Of a stretch of 38,571 nucleotides of DNA, positions 27,321-37,400 are shown piece after piece (the stretch's first letter is position 1; every line of letters starts with the position of its first letter). Origin of the DNA: Candidatus Peregrinibacteria bacterium (GTDB lineage Bacteria > Patescibacteriota > Gracilibacteria > UBA1369 > LOWO2-01-FULL-3). The notes beneath the pieces were generated by a model. That model was not told the origin of the DNA. It was given only the letters and a program-made list of their open reading frames with translations, and searched no databases. The position numbers and the translations under genes are program-made. The DNA is taken from positions 17,941 through 56,511 of the forward strand of contig JACPLZ010000024.1 of the NCBI GenBank assembly GCA_016186245.1, read 5' to 3'.

Positions 27321-28514
27321 ATGTTTCTAAATACGCTCAACAAAATTCTCCTCATCATCAATATATTGTTTATCCAGTCATATTTGATCCGCTTCCACAT
27401 AGGCCCGTATCCCAGCAATCTCCAGGAAATTCTGATCGCCGTCAACGCACTGACATTTCTTTCAATAACACCAATAAAAGAAATCTTTGCAGGATTGAAA
27501 CGCCACCGCGTAATTACATTGTTAATCGGCCTGACATTGCTAACCTCAATAATATCTCTTTTCGAAATTACAGAAATCATCAACCAACTCACCTACATCC
27601 GTCACTTAAAATTTACATTTTTCGGACTGGCGCTAAGTTTCATTTTTCTGGAAACATTCAGATCAGGACAGGAACGCCTGGCAGGGCTTAGAATAATGGG
27701 AATCGGCGCAGTAGCATTTGGAATTTTTTCGGCAATTTACAATCTGCTCGGCTTTAACGTAACCCATGATTACAGACTGCTCGGACCGCTCGATGGCGCA
27801 ATTTCAATGGCCTTTTACCTTGCGCCGTTTTTCATTTTTTTCACAATTGATTTTTTTGAAACCAAAAAGAAAATCAGCCTGGCATTCGCGCTGATCCTGG
27901 CAATCCTCATTGCCACCACCCGTTCCATGGGAACAATCGCCGGAAGCCTGGCCATACTCATTATTTATGCGCTGAAAAAAAGAATGACCAAAACAACTTT
28001 AATCATCACGGCAACAATAAGTCTATTTATAGTCGCGCTCATTTTCTACACAAAAATTCTGCCAACATTGAACACAAATTATTCAAGTTTGGATGAACGA
28101 AGAGATATTTGGCAAACATCCATGACCTTTCTCAGGGAACCGAAAAACTTTATTTTCGGGCTTGGCCTGGGACAATTTGAGGAAAACTATCTGCAAAATG
28201 TTTATCTGATACTTGGCCGCCCGCCACTCGATTATCACGTTCTCCATCCACATAATACTTTCCTGCTTTTTATATTCAATTATGGAATAGCAGGCCTGAT
28301 CTTTATCTCATGGCTTATTTACAACGCAATTAAAAATTTCTTTCAGTCCTCAAAAATTGATCTCAGGTTTATCGCCAGTCTTATTTTCCTTTATTTCGCC
28401 CTGCATGGAATGATAGACACTCCATTTTTCAGGAACGATCTGCTGTTTTTGCTCATATTATTTATGGAACTATTAGTAAAGAATCAAAAAGAGCATAGCA
28501 TTCAGGATTTCTAA
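27321..28514 (+). CDS. O-antigen ligase/oligosaccharyltransferase-like (Wzy_C) membrane protein
   Basis: Many TM segments; TRSMG, S..ER..IW, FGLGLGQF, HPHN.FL....GI.G. Confidence 0.85.
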   Translation: MFLNTLNKILLIINILFIQSYLIRFHIGPYPSNLQEILIAVNALTFLSITPIKEIFAGLKRHRVITLLIGLTLLTSIISLFEITEIINQLTYIRHLKFTFFGLALSFIFLETFRSGQERLAGLRIMGIGAVAFGIFSAIYNLLGFNVTHDYRLLGPLDGAISMAFYLAPFFIFFTIDFFETKKKISLAFALILAILIATTRSMGTIAGSLAILIIYALKKRMTKTTLIITATISLFIVALIFYTKILPTLNTNYSSLDERRDIWQTSMTFLREPKNFIFGLGLGQFEENYLQNVYLILGRPPLDYHVLHPHNTFLLFIFNYGIAGLIFISWLIYNAIKNFFQSSKIDLRFIASLIFLYFALHGMIDTPFFRNDLLFLLILFMELLVKNQKEHSIQDF

Positions 28515-28619
28515 AAATTGATGCAGTGCAAGGAAGTAAGCCATTTTCGACTGAGCCGTACTTACTGGTACGGCGAATAGAAAATTGGCGCAGCTGACGC
28601 AGCAATGCGCAATTTTCAG
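28511..28619. repeat. ~108-nt nested palindromic element, copy B (contains the stop codons of both flanking genes)
   Basis: Closely similar to 19823-19930; central hairpin GCCGTAC-TTACTG-GTACGGC; flanks GGATTT/AAATCC extend the inverted repeat. Confidence 0.9.
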
Positions 28620-29278
28620 AAATCCAATCCCTTCACAATATCCAACAAAGCTTTCTTAGGATCATCCGCTTTTATCACTCCGGAAGCCAACAAAACCCCG
28701 CTCGCACCAAGCTGTAATGCAATCTTTACATCCTCGCCACTTTTTACTCCAGCGCCGACAAGCAGCCGCCCCTGCCCGGCAATTTTCACAGCCTCCACAA
28801 TCACACCCGGCTCCGCCCGGCTCACGGAAATATCTCCGCCGATCAAATCGGGCGGCTCCACGGCAATCAAATCCGGCTCAAATTTTTTAACCTCCGCCGC
28901 TCGCGCCGGCGTCTCCGCACAGGCGATCACAAACAGCCCCAGCTCATGACATTTTTTCACACTTTGCTCCAACTCCTCATTTCCAATCTGATACTCCGCA
29001 TGATTCAGCAAAGTGCCATAGCAACCGACCGCCTTTACCTGCTCCGCAAGCACTTTTCCTGTCCAGCTGCCATATCCGGTATGATCCACATGCTGCGCAA
29101 AAACCGGAATTTTCACAGTCCCGATCACATTTACCAGATCGACCGCATTCACCGCAATACCAATGGAAGCGCCCGTCTCCGCAGCTACTTCATCATGGAT
29201 TCTGGCCAACTTAAGAGCATTTTCCCCGGTCGCTTCCTGATAGACCTTAAAATTAACGATAATTACAGGCAACTTCAT
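28616..29278 (-). CDS. tpiA: Triosephosphate isomerase, archaeal-type (220 aa)
   Basis: IVNFKVY, AQHVD, LLNHAE, AVEPPDLIGG, GAGVKSGED, GVLLASGV.KA.DP. Confidence 0.92.
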   Translation of the reverse strand: MKLPVIIVNFKVYQEATGENALKLARIHDEVAAETGASIGIAVNAVDLVNVIGTVKIPVFAQHVDHTGYGSWTGKVLAEQVKAVGCYGTLLNHAEYQIGNEELEQSVKKCHELGLFVIACAETPARAAEVKKFEPDLIAVEPPDLIGGDISVSRAEPGVIVEAVKIAGQGRLLVGAGVKSGEDVKIALQLGASGVLLASGVIKADDPKKALLDIVKGLDF

Positions 29279-29313
29279 GCACCCAATATACTTGAAAAAA
29301 CATCTCCGCACAA

Positions 29314-29342
29314 TTGACCAAACAGGTTAAATTTGATATAAT
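29314..29342 (+). promoter_or_regulatory. Near-consensus sigma70 promoter for the giant-protein pair
   Basis: TTGACC-N17-TATAAT with an extended TG. Confidence 0.75.
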
Positions 29343-29374
29343 TAAACGAAAATTTTGAAAACAAAAACAAACAG

Positions 29375-32300
29375 ATGTTTAAAGAAAGATTTCTGATATT
29401 CAGGGGTGAAAATTCAGAAAAACAGCCGGACTCCAGTGAAAGATCACACGGCGATAGAACTAATCTTATAGAAAACACAACCGAAGCTTTGGAAAATCTG
29501 GCCGAGACAATTGCCGTACTGGAAGATAAAAAAATCGATGAAAAAGTAAAAGAAGAAATTGCTCATAACATTGTAGATAATATATCGGAAGCGGCAATCA
29601 TCAAACTGCTGACAGACCGTAAAATCAGCCAGGAAACAAGAGACCTGATTTTCCGGCAATTGGGCAATAAATTATCCAATGATTTTTCCAGACTTGATAA
29701 TGAATCCACACGAACAATCGTAAATTACGCTCTGCTGGAATCAAAACAGGATTCACAACAATATAGAACTCTAAGCCAAAATCTCGACAGAGCCTGCATG
29801 GATAAACTCGATTTGCAGACAATTAAAGACTTGCTATCGCTAGCCTTCTGGCATGATAAAAATCTTTACAGAAAAATTCTGCCGTTGATTGGCAATGAAC
29901 AAAAAACAAAACTATTAGAAGATGAGGCTCTCGATATCCAATTCACAACGGATTTGAGAAATACCGTAGAATCCCCTATTCCGCAAAAAACCCCAGAAAA
30001 AGCCCCAAAAAAAATCACCAAAAAAACGCTGGAGAAAAAACTTTTCGCAAAATTATCAATCAAAGAAGGCAGATCGATCAACGAGCTTACCGGACAGCAA
30101 CTCAATGTCCTGGAAAAAAGCGTCAATAAAATCCGCGAAACAATCCAAAACGGCAAAGACATCAATGCCATAATGAGAGATATCGAAAAAACCGCGAAAA
30201 CCGCATACGGATTTCTTGGCTACTCGCCAATAGAATTCATAGAAATAGCCGGACCTGCGAACATAGACGCAAACACCTCAATAATTTGGAATCTGAAAAT
30301 AGAAAATGGCAATATTACCAAAATCGCCAATCGAAACACAATCCTGACTATAAAAGAGCGGCAACTTGTATTAAATTCACAGGAATACCAGAATTTTCTC
30401 GAGAGAGGCAAACGCACCGCCACGGAAATAGAAACCGACAAATCCCTTAAAGACAGCGAAAGGAGCCGAAAATACGAGTACAATCGCACTTACCAGGAAC
30501 TAACCGACAAGGTTTTTACGGTAAATTTGGATGACACCGACGAGGACAATATAATCGAAAATTGGAAATCGTTTCACGATTATCGTGAAGTAAACCGCAT
30601 TATGACAGGCTATCCATTCTCCGTGGATGAAATGGCCATCAGCAAAAAAGCAGCCGCCATCATCGCGGAAGGCTGGGACAGCGAGGTAAAATTTGAGGAT
30701 ATTTTCGCGCAAATGGATGGATTTAAAGCTGTCGACAGTCAAAAAATTCCAAAAGAATTTATGCGGGATTCCGCTGTATTTCTGGAAGAATTTAACAGGC
30801 TCAAAAATAACCAGACACCTCTCCCGGAAGAGGAAATCGCCAGACGGGATAATATGTTTAATGTTTTGAGCCGCTGTCTTGATCTGCTTTACGCGCTGTC
30901 AAATTTGCGGGCCAAAGAAAAGCAACCGGAGCCGGAAGAGTCGAAAATTCCTGAAACACTCTCCGATGCGGCGCGAACAGAGCAGGAAGAAATCTACGAT
31001 GCGCTCACCGAACTCACGGAATATGACATCGATTCAAGCAATGTCTGGCACGAATTTTACTCCTTGGCTTTTGAAGGAAAACACAAAACCGATATCACCA
31101 TGGCCGATATGGACGGTACAACTTTCACGGTTTCACAGGGAACTTTCAAGGATCGCTACAATCCAAGAGCCGCCTCCGACATTATCACGGAAACACCGGG
31201 AAATTATCACTTTGAAAATGGCATAAAACTTCTCGACAGATCAGCAATTCTCACATACATCAACGAAAGGATAAAACTTGGCAGCATCAATATCGCGCTG
31301 GCGGAAGCCAATGTTGCCAATCTGGAAGATTTTCACAGCAATATTGGACAAAAGATGAACAATCTTTATATCACTGATTTAACAGAGTTGTCCGATGAAC
31401 AAAAAGAAGCCTTTCAGCTTGGTTTCATAGTCGCTGAATCCAGAAAAAGCGCCGCCCAGCTTAGCGAAGCAGCGGAAAAAAATCCGATTTTCAGACAGCT
31501 TCATGAAAAAATGCGCCTTGAGGGAGTAAGCGCGGAAGATAGAAAAAAAATCGAAGACGGGTTGATCGCAGCAGGTGGCATCACAGTCGATACGCGCACA
31601 GGGGAAATCAACGGTTTTGGCGCAGGCGCAAACATTCTTAAAATTTCCGACAACATCACCATTTCCGCATTTGGCGGAAGTTTTGACGGAAACATAATTG
31701 TGGGAGGAAAACTTCAAATCAATATAGTCAATAACGAAAACAGAACAATCGCCATCGAAATACCAATCAGCATTGCCGGTATCGGCGCCGGCGCATCATG
31801 GAGAGAAAAAATCGGCGAATACAATCTGGATATTTTTGCCGGAGGACAACTGAATTTTGAGAACTTAATGCCAATTGCCGGAGGCGGCATCATGATTTCC
31901 GTAAATACCGAAGAAAGACTTAACAGAAATCTGGAAGAAGCGCAGAAGCAGGGAAATCTCGCGCAAATATGGAAAGAATGGAAAAATCTGCCCAAAAGCG
32001 ATATAGCAGGAAAATATGAAAAATTAAAAACGCTGCAACCGCTTTATAGCCGGTTACAACCGCTCGAAAGATACTACGGCCTGACAAAAGAAGACATTGT
32101 TTTTATCGTTGAAGGCGTCCAGGACAAAATCAAAGAGGAAGTTTTTGAAAATACCAGTTCTTCCTTGATTGAAGGAATCCCCCTGCTGTCGCATGCCGGA
32201 TTCATTATGCTCGGAGTAGTGCCTGTCCCGGCGGTAGGCATAGAAATCCTCGGCGCAAAAATTTCCATCCCAAACCGCAGTGAAATTTCCCGATTGATAA

Positions 32301-34411
32301 AAACCGCATCCGACATCCGTCTAAAAAACAGATTGGAAGATGCCGTCGCCGCACTAGATAACCCGGAAAACAGACAGCAGATATCATTCGTTGAAGAAAC
32401 CCCAAACATCATGTACAGCCGCGACGGCAAACTATTAAGCCTCACAAATAAATATGAAATCAATCTGGACTCATGGCTGACCAGTCCCGAAAGTTACAAC
32501 GAAGGGCTTAAAAAAGCCGAAATACAACTGATAGAGCTTCCATCCGGAGCAATAGAACTCCACGTCCTAAACACTCAAAACAAAGATGTGGAAATTTATA
32601 TCGATCCGGAGTTGAAAGAATTGGGAGTGATCAAAGACGGCCAGCATATCTTCCTGGAAGGAAATATGGATGATCTCATCATCAGCCGTGAAAGATTTAC
32701 TTTGCCTTTTGAGCAAACCGAAGACAACGCCAGCATCCGCGACATCATTACAATCCGCCAAAAATCATCCGTGGAAGGAAACCGCGACAGCTCATTCCTT
32801 CAAAATTATTCTCCGACCTTTTTGCAAAAACTGGCTCACGAAGCCTACTTTGATATTTACAAAGCAAACAGAACAAAAAAATCGACGAATATTTTTGAAG
32901 CGCCGGGATATTCCACAAACAAATTTCAGCAGGGACTGGACAATAAACCGGTATTTACGGCATCAATAAAACAGCGCCGCGCTTACCAGATTTTATCCGA
33001 GCTTCGCAGCCACCGCCCCGAGATGAGACATAAAATAGATAAACAGGATATCCGCAACATGGAAACATTTTTCAAGAACCGCCATGAAAGCATGGGAAAT
33101 ATAAGCCATGCCGGACAAATACGCTACAATCTCCTTCCAGATATCACCGCGCTTTTCCGTGAAGACCCAAATTTCAAAGAAAAAATTGGTGAAAACGCCA
33201 ACAAACCGGAAGAAATAATCAGACTTTTGAAAAGATACGGCACTGCCACCGACGGTTTACAAAATCTTTCCGAAACCGAATCAACCATGGCAGTAACACA
33301 TCTTCTCAACCTCTGGTATACCGATTTCTACAAGACCGGAGCGGAAAAAGCCGAACCAAACAATCTCGAAAAAATCAATCGTGAACTTCTAACAGTCCTT
33401 GATCAGCACATCGGATTCATAAAAAACCGGGTATTTATACCGGCATTCAAAACTGCAATCGCGCGGATAAATCCAAAACCGGCGATTACCGCCGAAAAAG
33501 CCGCCAACATATTGATCGAAGACACCGGCGGAGAACTGAGAAAAATAATTCTTGGAGATCTCAAAAAATTCGACTACACCAAAGACATAGAAATCAACCG
33601 CATCCCGGAAGACGCCTACTTTTTTTCAGGCTCGCGCATCGGCGAAGGCCAAACACGCAAAGGCGCCATCACCGGAACAATAGATTATAAAAATATCGAA
33701 AAAAATGCCGGCAATTTAATCCATGATCTTGGCTTTATCAATGGCACCAGCATGAGCTATAGACTCAATTCTCCGGACCCTGAAAAAAGAGCAATCGCCA
33801 GAATTTTGCTGGAAATCGCCAGTCCGATCCCGACAGACAATCTTGAATTTCTCAACAGCCCGCTGGCCATAAAAATTGCCAGCATGAAGAGCCATCTATT
33901 GTTGGCTTACAGCGATGATTTGCAATTTGAGGACTACAAAAATATTTCCAAAGTTTATCAGGATCCAAGCATCCTTAGCCGAAATAGCGACGCAATTATA
34001 GCGTTTCGGAAATTCAAAAAACTTATCATGGATATCCGCACGGCACAGATCAACGGCACAACTTTTGAAAAAAGAATCGGCTCAACCGGCCTGACAGTCC
34101 GCATAAAAATAGACACAAAAATTACCGCCGGTTCCTATTCCAAATGCGCCAATCCAAGTTTTTACGTCGTTGAAAACGGCCATGTGGAAATACTGAAAGA
34201 CAATAAGACAATCGCCGCATTTGAAATGTCCAATGAAACAGTCGACAGCGATCTTTCCAAATTATTCCGCTCGGTCGGATTCGGCGTAGGCATAACAGAA
34301 AGCGAGCCACCGGCCGCGCCAAAAATAAAAGGAAAACCATCGGGAGTTTCCCAAACCAGAGTATCCACCGGAGAAACACCGGAACAAATAATTTCATCCG
34401 ATTATGAATAA
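29375..34411 (+). CDS. Very large hypothetical protein (1678 aa), no Sec signal peptide, central Gly-rich beta region
   Basis: 5-kb open frame with a strong promoter; no recognisable enzyme motif. Confidence 0.85.
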   Translation: MFKERFLIFRGENSEKQPDSSERSHGDRTNLIENTTEALENLAETIAVLEDKKIDEKVKEEIAHNIVDNISEAAIIKLLTDRKISQETRDLIFRQLGNKLSNDFSRLDNESTRTIVNYALLESKQDSQQYRTLSQNLDRACMDKLDLQTIKDLLSLAFWHDKNLYRKILPLIGNEQKTKLLEDEALDIQFTTDLRNTVESPIPQKTPEKAPKKITKKTLEKKLFAKLSIKEGRSINELTGQQLNVLEKSVNKIRETIQNGKDINAIMRDIEKTAKTAYGFLGYSPIEFIEIAGPANIDANTSIIWNLKIENGNITKIANRNTILTIKERQLVLNSQEYQNFLERGKRTATEIETDKSLKDSERSRKYEYNRTYQELTDKVFTVNLDDTDEDNIIENWKSFHDYREVNRIMTGYPFSVDEMAISKKAAAIIAEGWDSEVKFEDIFAQMDGFKAVDSQKIPKEFMRDSAVFLEEFNRLKNNQTPLPEEEIARRDNMFNVLSRCLDLLYALSNLRAKEKQPEPEESKIPETLSDAARTEQEEIYDALTELTEYDIDSSNVWHEFYSLAFEGKHKTDITMADMDGTTFTVSQGTFKDRYNPRAASDIITETPGNYHFENGIKLLDRSAILTYINERIKLGSINIALAEANVANLEDFHSNIGQKMNNLYITDLTELSDEQKEAFQLGFIVAESRKSAAQLSEAAEKNPIFRQLHEKMRLEGVSAEDRKKIEDGLIAAGGITVDTRTGEINGFGAGANILKISDNITISAFGGSFDGNIIVGGKLQINIVNNENRTIAIEIPISIAGIGAGASWREKIGEYNLDIFAGGQLNFENLMPIAGGGIMISVNTEERLNRNLEEAQKQGNLAQIWKEWKNLPKSDIAGKYEKLKTLQPLYSRLQPLERYYGLTKEDIVFIVEGVQDKIKEEVFENTSSSLIEGIPLLSHAGFIMLGVVPVPAVGIEILGAKISIPNRSEISRLIKTASDIRLKNRLEDAVAALDNPENRQQISFVEETPNIMYSRDGKLLSLTNKYEINLDSWLTSPESYNEGLKKAEIQLIELPSGAIELHVLNTQNKDVEIYIDPELKELGVIKDGQHIFLEGNMDDLIISRERFTLPFEQTEDNASIRDIITIRQKSSVEGNRDSSFLQNYSPTFLQKLAHEAYFDIYKANRTKKSTNIFEAPGYSTNKFQQGLDNKPVFTASIKQRRAYQILSELRSHRPEMRHKIDKQDIRNMETFFKNRHESMGNISHAGQIRYNLLPDITALFREDPNFKEKIGENANKPEEIIRLLKRYGTATDGLQNLSETESTMAVTHLLNLWYTDFYKTGAEKAEPNNLEKINRELLTVLDQHIGFIKNRVFIPAFKTAIARINPKPAITAEKAANILIEDTGGELRKIILGDLKKFDYTKDIEINRIPEDAYFFSGSRIGEGQTRKGAITGTIDYKNIEKNAGNLIHDLGFINGTSMSYRLNSPDPEKRAIARILLEIASPIPTDNLEFLNSPLAIKIASMKSHLLLAYSDDLQFEDYKNISKVYQDPSILSRNSDAIIAFRKFKKLIMDIRTAQINGTTFEKRIGSTGLTVRIKIDTKITAGSYSKCANPSFYVVENGHVEILKDNKTIAAFEMSNETVDSDLSKLFRSVGFGVGITESEPPAAPKIKGKPSGVSQTRVSTGETPEQIISSDYE

Positions 34412-37400
34412 ACTAACAAAAAAATCAGTCATCGGCGCACTGGCAGCAGTAATCCTGACAGGAGCAGCATTTAACATCAGCACATACGCGGATGAAAATA
34501 CTTCACCGGATTGTTCAGAAATCATTCAATATTTCAGTGAAAGACTGGACACCATAGATGATTCAGCAGTCTACGAAGGAAGCACGGATTGTGACAACAG
34601 CCACTTCGAACCATTCCCGGGCAGACACACGGAAACAATTGATCCGTCAACCCATCAGGCTACTGATAAAACAGCGCATCAGCCATTTTCCGAACACAGC
34701 CACACCTATATCAACCAATCGGAAGAAAACATAGGTACACAATATAACTATTACACAAGAGCCATAATTGACACTTTCGAAATAAAACTCCACGAAGATT
34801 TTCAAGAAACAATCGATTTTGATTCCATAGAATGTTCCGGATTGCCGGAAAATAATAATTGTACAGGCGAAAAATCAAGCGGGAGTAGAACCTATACAGT
34901 AACTTTCGACAGAACAAATGGGATAATTCAATGGAGATTTACAGGAGAAAAACCAAAAATTGCCGGAAAGAACCCGCATCTAGATCAATTAAGGGGAACT
35001 CCAGGATATTCTTCCGAAGAAATAAATAGAATGGTCAAAGAAGGGATAAGCTTCAAAACCAACGAACAGGAAAAAGAATTTTGGAGCGCGACCTCCACCG
35101 CAAAAATACTGATAAAAGATCAATTCGCCAAACTTCCCGCTTCAGCAACAACATCAGTAATAGGAACTCTGGCATGGCAGGACGCAGAGCCGGCCGGCGC
35201 AGATCCGGACAATGATAAATTTTATTGGTTTGACATCGGCACAACCAGCACCGTCTGGCAAAAAGAAATCGCCCAAGTCGAAGAAGCCTGCAAGGACATC
35301 CAGATAGATCATCCCGAAGACATATACGAAGGAACATTATCACGATTCAGAGCCCGCGCAATCAGCGGCGGCACAGGAGAAACACTTGGCGGCAAAATCA
35401 GATATTCGGTTGAAAACGGCCATGGCGCTTTTTATGCAACCAGACCGGAGAATTTGCCAACATTCATATTAAATTCATCAAGAATGATCAACGAAATACC
35501 TCTGACATCATTTATGTCCACAAACATACTCGAGTTTATCAATGAATTATTCGGAGAGGAAAGATCACCAATCCCGTCAATCCCAACACCTGCAGATTTT
35601 GGCTCTACTTCAGTAGTTGAGGCAGCAACCGTATTCAGCGCGGGCGGCAATACCGTAGAAGTGGATCCATACAAAAATGTTTATTTCATGGCGGATCAGG
35701 CCGGAAACGATGTCATCCACATTCAGCCTATAAACGATCCGGGCAATTACTGCAAAAGAGATTTCGACATCATTCCAAAAAATGCCTGCGCAAATCTTGA
35801 GCTTATCAGTAATCCGACAGCTCCGCTGACAATCGGCCAAAACGCCGAATTAAATCTGGTAAACCCTCTCGACATCAACGGAAATCCGCTTCCTCCTTCC
35901 ACCAAAATAGTCTGGAGCAGCGGCAATACCCGGGGAAGATTTACTTATGGCGACCGGACAGGCAGGACACTCACGCTCAACCTTGACCAGCAGCCGGTGC
36001 AAATCAGCGGTATCGTATTGCCTGGCCTTATACAGGCCAAAGTCCAACCAGGCGATCTTGCCTATTCAAACAAATGCCAGCCGACAATCTCTGTAGAATT
36101 ACCACTTGCCTGCAAAAATTTACGTCTCCAGGTACAGGAATTCAACAAGAATGAATTCGGCGCAAACGAAACGAAGTATATTCTTGAATCAAACGGATTC
36201 TACAAAGTCGAAGGATATCCGGCATTCACACGCCCAAATTCAGAAATAACTGTAGGCTACACGATTGATCCTGATTTCGGCACTTTTGTAAAAATTTCCA
36301 GCGACAGTTCTTCTGTTTGGAATATTTTAACAATCAATGCGCTAAGACTTGCAAATAATCTCACGCCCGAAACTTTGGAAACGACTCTTGGAAGCGAAAA
36401 ACTCAACAAAACAATCACACTCCCCCAGGGCAAAAAAGCACACCTCATAACATTCAGCAATAATGAACACAGCAGCGACGCCGCTTTGAGAGTGAAGGCA
36501 ACCGGATTCAATTGCGGCGCGGCAATGGAATTTAAAGGCATCGCAGATGTCCTGCAATCCATGGAATGTCTCGACCTCGAGATTATTGAGCCTTCCGAAC
36601 CGTGGTACATAAATGACAAAGACACCGAAACAATAAAAATCAGCGCCACCACCGATCCCGCCGGCAAAGAAGAAGACCTGCATTTTACCTGGAAAGTTTC
36701 CAACGGCGGCAAATGGGAGGAAACAGATACAGCGCTGATCGAAGCCAAAAAAACAGACACAACTCAAACTCTAAAAGATTTCACCAAAGATACGGTTGTG
36801 GAAGTTTGGGCCGAAGAAAATAAAAATGCCTGCTACGATAAACTGACCGCCCGCGAACTTGAAAAGCCTGGAGAGGAGCCGGAGAAAGAGGTCCCAGAAA
36901 TCAACAAGTTTGCTTTCAGCGAAAACGATATTGACCATGCCGATGATGACATCATCAATATAAGCAGCGAGACCGATTATGTTACTTACATGATCGCCTA
37001 CACTCCGGGCGATTATAATTCCGTATCAATTCAGGAAACAAGCCTTGAAAACGGAGAGATCAGGAGCATCGGCAACCTCAACGGCTCGCTCAAATTTACC
37101 GCGATGAATATCACGATTTTGAAAGACGGCGCAAGCCAGGCTGTAAAAATTCTGCAGACTGCCGGCTATCGCGACGATTATCAGGATCGCCGGGCAAAAA
37201 CCACCGCCAAAGATTATTCCTGCGAAAATAATAACGACGATTTTTGTTTTGAAGATGATGCGGAAGAACTGGTGAATAAATTCAAAAATGGCCGGACAAT
37301 CCGTTTTAATAACACTGACGAACTTGGAACTGATGGCAAGCTGATCATCAAATATCAATTGGCCAACAAATCGGAAATAGATGAAGATACTTGCAAAAAA

